From the NCBI GenBank assembly GCA_943704425.1, contig CALSCP010002753.1, positions 1 through 39,455 on the forward strand: 39,455 nucleotides of DNA, read 5' to 3'. The notes beneath the pieces are model-generated. The model ran no database searches, was not told where the DNA came from, and saw only the letters and a list, made by a program, of their open reading frames with translations. A program made the position numbers and the translations under genes. This document shows, in pieces, positions 1 to 12,917 of the stretch (within the stretch, counting starts at the first letter, position 1; each line of letters starts with the position of its first letter). This DNA is from Ministeria vibrans ATCC 50519. Taxonomy: Eukaryota > Protista > Filasterea.

Positions 1-204
1 CAGAAGCCAACAGCAGTCTCACAGCGCTGTCCAACAAAGCCAGGCAGGCAGATGCAGACATCAGCATCGCAGGTGGCGCCGTTAGAGCAAGGAGACGAGT
101 CACAGAAGCCAACAGCAGTCTCACAGCGCTGTCCAACAAAGCCAGGCAGGCAGATGCAGACATCAGCATCGCAGGTGGCGCCGTTAGAGCAAGGAGACGA
201 GTCG
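1..204. repeat. Near-perfect 102-bp tandem repeat (one 34-aa EGF unit per copy)
   Basis: cagaagccaacagcagtctc... begins at 1 and again at 103; the copies are identical up to about 202. Confidence 0.9.
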
Positions 205-742
205 CAGACGCTTTGGAAATGGTCGCAGAAGTCGCCTACAAACCCTGGCGCACAAATGCAGGTATCGGTGGCGCAGACGCCGCCGTTGACACATGGCGAT
301 GAGTCGCAAAAGCTGCCAATGGCCATGATGTCAATTTCACAAAGATCCCCCGAAAATTCGGGAGGACAGTCACAGCCGATCGGATTGAGGGTGCACGTCC
401 CTCCGTTCATGCACACACACGGTCCGCCAACAGAAATGCCGCAAAACGGTCCGACAAAGTCGATGTTGCACATGCACATGCCTTCAACGCATGTCCCTCC
501 ATTTTGGCAGTCGGGGTCCACAGTGCACTGAAAAATTAATGTCGATTATCAAATTATTCAAAATGTCAAGTCTTGCTAATGAAACATTTACACGCTGCGT
601 AGACGGTAAATGCCATTGTGCCAAAAAAAAAAATGTGTTTGTAACATCTTCTCATATATGAAGAGAGTGTGTGCGCATCAATGGCGTTTACCTGAGCAGC
701 TGCGATCGAGAGAAACAGAAGAAAAGTTGCGAAGCGCAACAT
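1..742 (-). CDS. Secreted/cell-surface EGF-repeat protein, 5' part (continues beyond left edge). Exons 742-692, 527-<1
   Basis: Exon 1 encodes the signal peptide MLRFATFLLFLSIAAAQ (51 nt, phase 0, GTAAAC donor). A TTTTTCAG acceptor precedes tandem EGF units such as CDSSPCSNGATCDADVCICLPGFVGQRCE. Confidence 0.85.
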
Positions 743-1390
743 TTTGACGTAGAAAGGGGAGCTGTGCTCTCTGCGCGGTACAATGAAGGCTAAAGACTGA
801 AAAGACAGTGTAGTGTTTGTAGACAGAAAGGTCAAAGGCTGCGAAAAGAAGAAATAGAGTGTTGTTCAGGAGTTGCGTTTACTCTTGACTTATGTTTTAC
901 GGTCCAAATAAAGAATCATGTGTCTCCGAGAGTTCGTGAGAATCAACCCGTCTCGGCGCAGCATTGCCCGTCGCACCCCACAGCACACACTGTTATGGCC
1001 TACTGGCGTATTTTAACCCGAAATTGAAGCGAATATCGTCTATTGTGCGGGGCTCTGTCAGCTTTCTCTCTCCCTCTCTTTTTCGTTGTGATGCGATGTC
1101 CAACTGCTGATGATGTGCGAGAAGGGCATGCGTGGCACCAACAGATGCGATGTTGTAAAAAAAAAAAAAAAGCGACAAGCCCCCGACAACAGCAATAGGA
1201 CTGGCCGCACGTGCCGTGCATACGACTTGTGGATGTTGTGTTACGCTATTGTTGACTTTAAGTGTTCTATTTGTCACGCAGTCGATTCTGGAACGTGAAG
1301 GAAGATCACGACTCATTCTGCAATCCTACTCACATACAACTCATTGCAAAGCTGCCATTTTTAATTTTATCATTATTCGTGTCTAAGAAT

Positions 1391-2066
1391 ATGCGCTCAA
1401 TCGCCACTTTGTTCCTGGTGATTGCCTGTGTGGCCGCCGAGCCTCTGCGCTCAGACGACTTTTGCCGAAACAAAACCTGCGAATACAACTTCAATGTCTT
1501 CTCCAAACTCGTACGCACACACAAAGCAATGCCGATCCCCTGCCACGGCCTCCTTGCCTAGCCCCGCCACTGTGTGTTGTGCTGGCTCCATTGGCAGCCG
1601 TCCGCCATGCCCAAATGCACCCAATGGCCCACTCACTTGACTGTCGGATGACACTCACGCACACTCACGCACACTCACGCACACAATTTCGTCGTTTGCG
1701 CCAACCCTTACCCTTCCCGCGCTTCCTTTCCCACCAGGTCATGGGCTACGGTCAGAACCTCGCCTGGGCCGACCCGGGCGGGCGTCTCTTCTACCACGAA
1801 AACAATCCTCACGGTACAAACACAGCGAGTGTCATCCAAGCCACACAATGGAATCATTAATAATGTTTTACTTCTTCATCGCACAGACAAGAGCGACATG
1901 ACTGTTTACCCTGTCCCCGACGCGGATCTCCCGGGAGTTCTTGTTCTCGATGGCTACGAGCGCACAGTCATGTCCATCAACGGACAGGTAAGACATAACA
2001 CCCCAAGACAATTATTATTACATCAATACATTGAAAATCCTTAATTTTCACAATAATAATAATAGC

Positions 2067-2141
<75 letters not shown>

Positions 2142-3903
2142 TGTGGTTTTATATCTTCAGCTTCCTGGTCCGACTATTGAGGTGTATGAAGGCACGGAGA
2201 TTGTTGTCCATGTGACAAACAACATGGAGAACGAGGGTGTGACGTTCCATTGGCACGGCATGTACCAGCGCGGCACACCGTACATGGATGGCGTCTCGAT
2301 GATCACGCAGTGCCCCATTCCGCCCTACACCACATTTACCTACCGATTTATTGCCGAGCCCGCCGGCACACACGGCTACCACTCGCACCAGGGCATCGAG
2401 CGGCCCGACGGACTATTTGGTGCGCTCATTGTGCACCCGCGACCGGCGCCTGAGAGGGAGGAGAAGGGTCAGTCGGAGGAGACGGTTGTGCGCGATGTGC
2501 ACGCAGAAATGTGCGACGAAGACCGATTTGTGATGATCATGAATGATTGGTACCACGAGTCGAGTGACGAGACCATGTGGAAGCGACTGGGTCCGGGCTT
2601 CTTCCCGCAGGGCCCGCATGCGCAGTCGTACAACTGGACACGCGGACCCGACCACAAACTGGTGGGCGAAGTGCCCTTTGTGGCGGGTCTCATCAACGGA
2701 CGAGGCCGCTCGGTGGACGCGCACACGGGTCTCGACACAAACACCAACTACACGGTGTACAATGTCAAGTCGGGAGGAGTGCGTGTGTGCTTCCGTGCGA
2801 TCGGTGCGATGATGGAGAAGGCTTTTCGCGTGAGTGTGGACGGACACCTGCTGACGGTCATTGCGTCCGACGGTGCGACCATTGAGCCGGTTCAAGTTCA
2901 GTCGGTCATTGTCCATCCGGGCGAGACGTACGACTTTATGGTGGAGACGCGCGCCAGTCGCTCGGCCGCAGGCAACGGCAACTTCTGGGTGCGTGCAGCG
3001 ACACTGGCCTTGAACGTAACCCACGAGGCGCGCGCCATTGTCCGTTACGAAGACAGTCCCGAGCAGGACCCCACCACGTCCCCCGACAACTGCGCTCAGG
3101 CAGCCAAACCCTGTCTGGTTATGAACTGCCCCTTTGCGCTCTTCCCGCGTGCCATGAACCTCGACTGCATCTTCATTGACCAGCTGCGCAATGCCGACTC
3201 GGCCGATCCAGCCCCAGCCTTCCCCGCCGCCCAGTCTACTGAAAAGTTTCTCAACTTTGCCTTTGCACCTCTTGGCGTGAACCGCCGTGAGTTTGTCTTC
3301 CCGACATCGCCCCTGCTGACTCAGCCTCTCGACGCACACACAGTCCCCTGCGACCAGCACCGCTGTGACTTTGACGCGTGCAATTGCACCCACACACTGG
3401 ATGCCCCCTTCAACACGTCACTCACGATGGTATTCACCAACTTGGGTGCACACGACTACGGTATGCACCCCGTGCACTTGCACGGCCACCGCTACTGGGT
3501 GCTCAAGGTGGGCAACCCCATTGCGGATCCTGTCACTGGCCTCATCATCAACTCCACACGCGACATCACCTGCGTCGACGGAACCGACTGCGGCGTCGCA
3601 CACTGGACCAACAACACGGCACCCGCCTTCAACTACGACCGCCCCATCCGCAAGGACACCGTTGTGGTCCCGCCCGGCGGCTACGTTGTCGTCCGCATTC
3701 TCATCGACAACCCGGGTGTCTGGCACATGCACTGTCACATGGCTCACCACCTCTTCTACGGCCTTGGCATGCTCATCAACGCCGCCCCTTCCCTCCACAG
3801 CCACTTCCCGGCCCCCGCCGACTTCCCCAAGTGCGGCAACTACGACCCCCACTCGAACCCGTTGACAGCGCGAGCTGCATGGGCTTCCCTCGTCCGCAAC
3901 TGA
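1391..3903 (+). CDS. Secreted multicopper oxidase (laccase-like), ~679 aa. Exons 1391-1510, 1738-1813, 1887-1987, 2161-3903
   Basis: Signal peptide MRSIATLFLVIACVAA. All four Cu-binding motifs are present (HWHG, HSH, HPVHLHGH, HCHMAHH), plus TQCPI and RKDTV. Intron phases are consistent. Confidence 0.93.
2052..2140. repeat. (AAT)n microsatellite in laccase intron 3
   Basis: Direct reading of the sequence. Confidence 0.95.
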
Positions 3904-4055
3904 AGAGTAGTGTATTAAAATAAGATAATAATAAAATTAATTATTATTATTACTATAATTATGGTGGCTTTTTCAAGAAGCACTGTACATTAGGAGAGAC
4001 AGAGATGGAGAGAGAGAAAGAGAGAGAGAGTGTGTGTGTGTGTGAATGAGAGCGA

Positions 4056-5632
4056 TTACTGAAGACGAACATCCATGTCAAAGAGCTCGTCGCCCAGGAA
4101 GCCATCTTCGGCATCGATGGAGATGCTCTCGGCGCCACTGTACGCATAGCACATGAGGCACAGCCCCAACAGCGAAAAGATGGTCACGGCCGCTCCGCCA
4201 ATCTCGGCCACGATCTGTACCCACTCAAACACGGGCGATTGTCTGCAAGTCATTACATGTGTGCAGTGTGAGTCAACAGTCCACGCACACACACACACAC
4301 ACACACACACAATTTATATGCTACATTTTGTCACTCTTACTTGACTGAGGCTTTGAAGCGCGCGAGTTTGAGGAAGTAGCATGCGCCTTGAATGACTGTG
4401 TAGCCCGATCCGGTAATGTCATTAGTACATTGTTCGTCGTTGAGGCTCACATACGAAATGCTCCAGTCGTCCACTACTCGATTAGCAGTCTAAATCATGA
4501 AAACCAAAAAAAAAAAAAAAAAAATGAAATGGGGTTACACTCTTTTTAGTAATATTTTATTTCTCCTGGTGTGTCTTACGTCTTGTCGTGCAGTGTAGTC
4601 CATCATGGTGACACGACGGTAGAGCGCCGTGGGTCGTGCGGCGTCAATGACGGGCACAGGGAAGGGCACCTCAACGCCATTTGCGGTAAACGTCACAAGA
4701 GTGCTTGTGGGCACTGCAGTCGAGCCGGTGAAGGTCGACGTGGTCGGAAAGGCTGAAAAGAGCAACAAGAAAACAAAAGCAACAGATCAGTTCTGAGCGC
4801 TTGACGAATTTCCCCTTACTGTCGACATAAGTTGGCACAGTGATGCGCACTCCGTCCTGCCAACTATCCGAGTAGCACAGCACAGCAGAGCCTGTGTTGC
4901 CCGACGTGACAACGGATGCGGTGGCAGGGACAAGTGCGGCACACGCTGCACTGTCTGGAAAGGTGTGTTCGATGTAGCAGTCAAGGGGACTTGCGCCGTT
5001 GTGGCACGTCACTGTCAGAGTCAGAGCTGTGCATCACACACAATACAACGAATATTGTGTAAGTATGATATTTTTGTGTTTTGGCCTTTCGACAAGAAAA
5101 ACGTCGCGGGAAAGACGCGCGCAGAGGTCTCCGCAGACCATACAACGCCACACACCCAAACTGGATGACGAGCAATGAGAGTGCCTCGAGAACTTTGATG
5201 AATTTGGTGTGTGTCTATAAAAAGACAAATGTAGTTTTTCGCAAAGCGCAGCGACACATGAGTCGCTCCCGACGAATGGAGAGGGCCAGCGTGGCGCATA
5301 AAAGAGATGGAGAAGTGAGACGCCCTTGACAATGCGCCGTGTCGACCAGGAGACGCCGGAAACGAAAAAATACAAAAACGAAAAGAAAAAAAAAAAGGGG
5401 AGAAAGTAAATATAAATGGCATACTTGTAGCACCAGTAGAGGTGGTGGCGAGGTGGGAGGCATAGGGGTTGGTGGACCAGGCGTAGCAGAGCCAGCCAGC
5501 ATAAGCGGCAACCAGAAGACCCGACACGATCGACACGACAATGCCGGCCGTCGTCGGTCTTCTTGGAATCACGGCGTAGGCATCAAAGATGCCTGCCCAT
5601 CGGCGATCCTTGATCCGCTGTCGAGCGAGCAT
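4056..5632 (-). CDS. Two-TM protein with a large Cys-containing loop, ~307 aa (ENaC/DEG- or ERGIC-like topology). Exons 5632-5425, 5026-4820, 4752-4580, 4489-4341, 4242-4056
   Basis: Five GT-AG bounded exons sum to an open 924 nt. TM1 is GIVVSIVSGLLVAAYAGWLCYAW and TM2 is IVAEIGGAAVTIFSLLGLCLMCY. The family assignment is tentative. Confidence 0.75.
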
Positions 5633-6011
5633 GAAATTGAGTTTTTGATGATTTGATCAATTTGATGCCTGAACTTTCAACGTGTTTTTGTGATAGAAAA
5701 GTGTGAATAATATTATGTATTTTCCTTAAGGTAATAATGACAATAATAATAGAGAATCAAGAGCTGCACTCAATGTCAAACAAGACTATATATATATACT
5801 ATTCAAATTTCAAGATAATCTCTTCGCTCACACACACACACAACAGACCGAATACACCTGGACAGCGGTCCACAACGCCAACTGTATACTGTATGTGATA
5901 TTCGGGTGTTATAAATTATATTGCACTATTGGGTTTTAAATGTTTCCACTCTTTCAATGAAAAAAAGAATAAAATATAGTGTACAAAACGTAAAAAAAGA
6001 CGATAAAATTA

Positions 6012-6404
6012 TCATGCTTCAGTCTCGCCAAAGCGACCGTCAAGACTAGGGGTCTCGTTGCTTTTTGCAGCTGTGTCGCGCTGGATTTGTTTCTGAAGCT
6101 CGATCCTGCAATGCAAAGAAAGACATATCAACAACCAAATTGGGAACAAGACAAAGACCGTGAACACAAATATAGGGTACCTCGCTTCTCGCTCTTCTTG
6201 CAGGGCCCCCTCAAGAGCATCAACGCGCTCGACCAGAGACGAAACAAGCTTCTGGAGGCCCTCGGTGCTGTCCATAAGGACACGCAATGATGGAAGACGG
6301 GGCTTGGCACTGCCAGGAGAGCCAGACGCAAGGGCACCCGTAGGACTGGCTGGATTGGACGCAGCTGCTGAGAGAGGCACCGCACCAGTCGGCGATCCTC
6401 CACT

Positions 6405-6450
<46 letters not shown>

Positions 6451-9234
6451 TGCTGCTGTTTCTGTTCGGTGAAGGAGAGACGCGCGCCATGCCCACTCCC
6501 ACCAGCTGCAGCGACGGCAACCCACTTGCGTTGACCCATCCCGCTGCCCGCTCCACTCCCTCCCGTCGCGTCCATGGGCACTGTTGAGGTGAGGGGTCGT
6601 GCCACTTTTGAGCGTGCCGTTTCCGGTGTGATTCGCTCAAATTGATCGTCGTCCATTGTTTGCTAAGAAGACAATCATAGAAAATCAACATAAATGACAA
6701 CCAGCAAAGTCTTCCTACCACCTTCGCAAACGTGTTGGGAGAGGTACTCTTGATGACACGCTTACGGAGAAGACGACCCCCAAGACCCTTGCTGTGTGAT
6801 GATGAGGTGGAATTAGAGTCGGGCGCAGACGAAGATGTGACGAGTGACGAAGAGCTGTTTGCGCTGGCGCTGGTGGGGGAGGCGGAGGAGGAGGGCGTCG
6901 CCGACGCGGTGTTGCTGGCCGCCATGTAGTTATGATGGGCGTTGTTGGCATTGCTGTTGCTATTACCACCTGTGGAGTTTGTGGTGGAGGAAGAGGATAG
7001 AGGTGCGACGCTGAGCTGTGCGTCAGCGCTGGAGCGACGAATGGCGGCGGCACTGGAGAAGCAGTCGAGGACGGTGGTTTTGTCGAGGGCGCTGTTAAAG
7101 CTGAGTACAACGCGCCGCCTCCGACCTACATACTGCATGTCGACGCAGTGGTCCAGACCGCCCGTTGTGGGCGCGTCCACTGCAATGGTGCTGCCAATGG
7201 GCCATCGCTCTGACATGGCAAAGCTCGTGACACCGTTGACCTGTTGCATTGCGAGCAACAGCATCTGCCCTTGCTCGCGATACACTACAAGAGCACGCTG
7301 TCCCTGCGCCCCTGACGACGACGACGCCGCACCGTTGGCCACTTGGTGCTCGCTATTGACGAGCAATGCAAAAATGACGAGCTCGGGGGTGCCCATCTCG
7401 TCGCGATCCTGCCAACCTTCGACCTCGCTACACATAACAGTGACCTCTTGCTCTTTGACACGTCGCAACACTTCTAGGTCCGATGCCGCCTTGTCACACA
7501 TGTCGGCGGCCTTTTCCAGCGCATTCGCATCCACATGTCGTTTGGGCAGGTTGCGCAGGAGATCACGCAAGAGCACACGGTAGCGCGCAAAACGGCGCAG
7601 TGGCATCACCAAATGAGCGGTAATGGCGAGTGTGCACGGACCTGTCGACGACACCGGCGACCCTTTTGCTTGCTCAATGAATGCCGCCAGTTCGGCGTTG
7701 TGCGCGTACTGTTTGAGTGCGCGCAAAGCATAACCATGGCGCGACACAAACGTCTTGTAGGCGGGCAAGAGACGCGGTAGTGCCTCCATCATACAACGAC
7801 CAATGCGACAGGGCTTGCCATCGCGTGGCGCTGCCTCCTCCATGGCCTGCAACAGAGCCAGATGCAACGCATACAACTCACCAAGGCCACAGGGCCGCTC
7901 AAACACCGCCTGTCGGTCCTTTTCTGTCATTAGATCGCGTCGCTCCAGCAATGGCGTCACGTACGTGCGTCGGTAGTTGCCCATGTCCTGCACATACGTG
8001 CGCTCCTCTTCCAACAGTTCCTAAAAAAAAATTAAGTTTACTTTTTCTTTCCATTTTGCTCAGTCACTCACTCACTCTCTTACACACACACAGAGATACA
8101 AGTATATATATATATATTATATCACTTTGTTTCTTTTCTTCTTTCTCCTCTCTCTCTCTCTCTCTCTCTCACTCTGTGCTCTTTTCACCTCTGAAACCAT
8201 AGTAAGATAACGAATGGCATCGGGAGACATGGAGTCATCAGGGGAGTCTGAGTCGGCGCTCTCGCCTGCAGCAGTGAGAGTAACGTAGTTGGAAGGGAAC
8301 CAGCCACGGGCGCCGTTGCACTCGCCCTCCCACCAGCCACCGTCGGGCATGGAGAGAATCTTCACAGGGGCACCCTCGCTGAGAGTCAACTCGTCTGTTT
8401 TGGTGGCTGCATAGTCGTACTCGGCAAGGGCCATTTGCTGTGGCTTTGCCGTGGTCGATTTGATGGCGGACGCCCCTGCCGAGGGTGTGATGTCGCCGTC
8501 TCCCACGAGTGCCGCAAGTGCCGCCGTGGTCGACGCACCGCTTGTGGGTGTAACGTGGTGTTGATTGGTTTTGGCAGAGAGTGCTGCAATAGCTGCGCTT
8601 GGTGTCTTGGGTGTGGCGGGGGACTCCTCGCTGACGTTTGTAACGGCCGCCTCCTTGGAACGACTGAGTAATGCCAGGGTACCGGGAGATGAAGCTTTGC
8701 GCCCTTTGGCATTAAGCAAGTCAACGCCGAAACTGACACTTCGCGAGCTGCCATCGAGACGGGTCACTTCGGGGTTGACGAGCGACGACGATCGTTTGTT
8801 TTGCAACGACGTAGCACGTCCACCACTACTACTCCGCGGCACTGCCGCCGCCACCTCCTCCTCTTCCTGAAGCTCGCTCTTCTCCGGAAATCCAGCGCGA
8901 AGTGCAAGCAAGACCGAGGCGACGGTGGACATGGAGACCCCGCCATTGAGGCTTGTTGGTGTGAAGGGTTCGCTCACGCCAAACTTGGCCCAGGTGAAGG
9001 CGTCAAGGAAGCGTGACACGTTTGCCTGCTCCGCTCCCTCTGACATGGGCGGATCCTCAAACAAAGGAATGCTTCCGGGGCCAAGTGCGTTCGCCAGGCG
9101 ACACAGAACGACACCACTTTTCAATACCTATGATGAGATCAAAAAAAATCAAAAACAAGACGTAACAATGATTGTCTCGTTTTGGGCAAGTTCACACACA
9201 CATACACACACTCATTCACACACACACACACACA

Positions 9235-9271
<37 letters not shown>

Positions 9272-11591
9272 ACTCACTCACTCACTCTCTCTCTCTTGAA
9301 AGAATCAAGGAAACACGAATGTCTCGATGGACTGTAGGGTACTCAGGCTGCCAATATGCAGCAACAAGCGGGTACGATCAGGGTGTGGGGTGCTCGTGGG
9401 AGACGCGACGGCGTGGACTCGAAAAAAGTAATCGACATGACGCAAAATGGGGTAAAACAAAAACGTCTGTGTAAAGGAAAGGGGAGATAATGGATAGAGT
9501 CGAGAAGCACTTGGGCTGCGTAAGAGCCCAAATGGAGTGTCCGTGGCCAGCGTGGCGACTTGACGACGTCGGGGACAGTCTCATTGGCGAAAAGACAAAA
9601 AGGATAAGAAAAAAANNNNNNNNNAATCACAGCCGGGCAAATGGTCCGTCAGCAGATTGCTGCGAGGCCCAACCCAGTCGCATCCGCTGGCTTTGTTCGA
9701 GCAGTACACTTTGGCCTTGCCCAGTAGTTTGAGCACGGCACTCGCCACAGGCTTGACGTCTTCCTGCGGCACGACGGGCTTCCGATCGACGGGGCACGCG
9801 TGCTTCTGGGCGAGGGCGCTTTGCAGGCACACGGCGCAGAACATGTGCTCGCAGGCGAGCATTCGCGGGTCAACGAGCGGCTGATGGCAAATGTGGCACA
9901 GAAGCTCGTCATCGACCGGATTGCGCGAAACGTAGTCAAACGCTGCAGAGAGCGAGCGAGAGAGACGAACAAGAACAAAACAGAGACGGATAAGTCGCAC
10001 AGTATGAAGGATGGCGCGAGGGAACGGCAGCGGAAAGAGAGCGAGGCGGAAAAAACGAAATGAACCGAAAATGAAAAAAAGACGGGAAAAAAAACACCAC
10101 TCTCAGTCTGTACAAAAATTTGGAGAGTTTTTTGAAGAGCTCATGATGGGCTATGGCCAAGGCAAGACGGTAGACTACGCTAAATCAGCTTAGCAAGAAA
10201 ATGATTGAAAATGGCTCAAAATGTTCAGAATAATAAAATTATTCATTCTTTCTAATAATTTGACATTCTGGCATGTCCACTGACTTGAAGATCACGGTGA
10301 AGACGTCGCAAGGGAAGCAGTTCACGACGGTGGCGCAGTCGTCGTGGACGGTCCTGCAGTTCAAAGGGGCCATTGTAAACGACTGTGACGTGCCCGCCGC
10401 AGCACAGCGCATCATATTCTCGGGTCGCATCCTTGAGGATGGAGACACCCTTGAGTCTTGTGGTAGGCGCGAAAAGAGCGTGAGGGAGCGAGAGAGTTTT
10501 ATTTTTTTGTCATCGTTCACGAACTTTCGACGCGAATGCCACATTTTAGGCATCAAGGAGGGCCACACCGTCCATCTTGTGCGACGACAAACCGCCCCGA
10601 CTGCACCAGCACCCACAGCGACCCCTGCGGCGGCGTCTCCCGCAGCGACTGGCGCGCAAGCTCCGCTCTTTAATGGCCTGCCTTCCTTTGGCGCGCCCGC
10701 CGCCGGCGCTGGTGCTGCGGCCGCCGGCGGGTTGCCTGGACTTGGCGGGATGACTCAAGAGCAGATGGCGCAGGCGATGCAGTCGCCCGTCATGGAGGTA
10801 GATGCAATTTCTTGCTATATCCCATTCGCCTGCTAAATGTTTCCTAAATTACTATTGCCTATAATGATAATTATTATTCATATTATGTGAAGCAGCTAAA
10901 GCAGCAATAGCAGCTAAGGCAACAGCGCAACATGGAAAATTTCGATTCTCTATTTATTTTCTTATTATTCATATTAATCGAACTAACGTTTCATTGTCCC
11001 TGTATCGACTAGGCACTTATGAACAACCCCGAGCTCATGCGCTCCATGATGGAAACTATGGCCACGACCAATCCACAGATGCAACAAGTGATGGAGCAGA
11101 ACCCCGAGTTGCGCCAGGCGCTCAATGACCCCGCCACAATGCGGCAAATGATGCAGGTAACATTCAACTTGTCGTGATTGCACAACTAATTTTTTGTTGG
11201 TGTTTTTCGTAGATGATGCGCAATCCATCTTTGCGTGCCGAAATGATGCGTAATTCTGATCGAGCCATGAGCAACCTTGAAATGATGCCAGGCGGCTTTG
11301 ATGCACTGCGTCAAATGCATACGCAGGTGCAAGAGCCCATGATGCGCGCGGCTGAGGAGCAAGCGCAGGCACAGACCCAACAGGCGGCCAATCCGTTTGC
11401 GCTTTTGATGGGTGGTGGTGCAAATGCGGGGGGAGCAGGAGCGACTCCAGCAGCGCCTACAGGCGACGGGAGAGCTGGTGATGCCATGCCAAACCCATGG
11501 GGTGCACCCGGTACGTTCCGCACGTCTGTCACTGTCTGCGTGGTATGTGTTTGCGTGTGTGTCTTATTTAGTTTTGTATATATATATAGCT

Positions 11592-11647
<56 letters not shown>

Positions 11648-12867
11648 GCCAGCGGCGGGTGCTGGAGGGATGTTTGACCCAGCGAGTATGTCGGCGATGC
11701 TAGAGAATCCCATGATGCAACAGATGATGACACAAATGACACAAGACCCCAACATGATGCGCCAGCTTATGCCGCCAGGGATGGCTGAGAACCCCATGGC
11801 ACTCGGCATGATGCAGAACCCTAATCTGATGCGTCGATTGATGGAGCCGGCCAACATGCGGGCAATGATGCAGATGCAGGAGGCAATTCGCCACTTGCAG
11901 AGTGTAGGGTTGCTCGAAGAGTAAGTGTGATATAAATATATATGCGCGTCTTTGTGGTGCCTGTCAATTGCTGATTGTGCCTGATAGGATGATGGCCATG
12001 GGCGGTGGAATGGGTGGAATGGGTGGAATGGGAGGAATGGGAGGGTTGGCAGGGGGCCTCTTTGGTGCTCCCGCTGCTCCCGGCGCGGCTCCCACTGCTA
12101 CACCAGCTGCCAATGCGGAGCAAGTGTATGCGTCGCAGTTGCAGCAGCTCAATGACATGGGCTTTGTGGATCGTGCCAGTAACATTCGTGCTCTCCAGGC
12201 AACATCTGGCAATGTCAATGCTGCCATTGAGCGCCTTTTGTCCGGCCTCTGATATCATTATTAAATACTTTTTGTTGTTTTGATTTTTCTTTTTTCTTCT
12301 TCATTTGAGTTTTTTTGGGGGGGGAATATGAGAAACAAAACGAAGAAAAAAACAACGTGACACGCACAAAAAAAAGGAAAAAAAAACAAACACAGACAAG
12401 ACGCAAAAGGAAAAAGCACCAGATCACATGTCATTGAGATCAGCAAGAGTCTGATCGAGCTCGGCCTTGACCTCGCTGTACTTGATTCGGTTCTCTTCGG
12501 CTGCGTCCTCGAGCGCCTCAATCTTCTTCTCTTGGTCACGCACTTTTCGCTCCGCTGCCTCCGCACGCAAGTCCGCCTCACGGAACCTACCGGGACAGAC
12601 AAATGTGTTAAAAAACAGTCGCTCACAATACATGAGTGTTATGTGTGGGGTGTGTGTATGTTCGTACTTCTCTTCCGTCTCCTTGAGCTGATCGTACAGC
12701 TCGTCGCTCTTGTCCATCTGTGCGCCCATTCGGCTTGCCGTTGGGTTAGCGCCCATTTCGCTCAGCTCGCGCTCAGTCTCCTTCAGCTTGTCCTCAAGAT
12801 CAACAACACGCTCCTCAGCGCGCTCCTGAAACACCAAGGAAATAATATTATTATTATTATTATTAGA

Positions 12868-12917
<50 letters not shown>

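Noticed and set aside
1-204. CRISPR-like array
   Set aside because: The repeats have no spacers and translate as EGF domains in a eukaryotic gene.
2413-3393. Long antisense and alternate-frame ORFs (e.g. 2413-3393, 6942-7583, 17388-18050, 29280-30167)
   Set aside because: These are shadows of GC-rich coding exons with no recognisable domains.
5284-5296. CTCF-like site (ggccagcgtggcg)
   Set aside because: The spacing does not fit the CTCF core, and CTCF is not expected outside animals.
9127-9630. Direct splice of the RING exon (GGCT|GTGATT) to PIX exon 2
   Set aside because: The donor would be phase 1 and the acceptor needs phase 0. A fusion would require hidden sequence in the gap.
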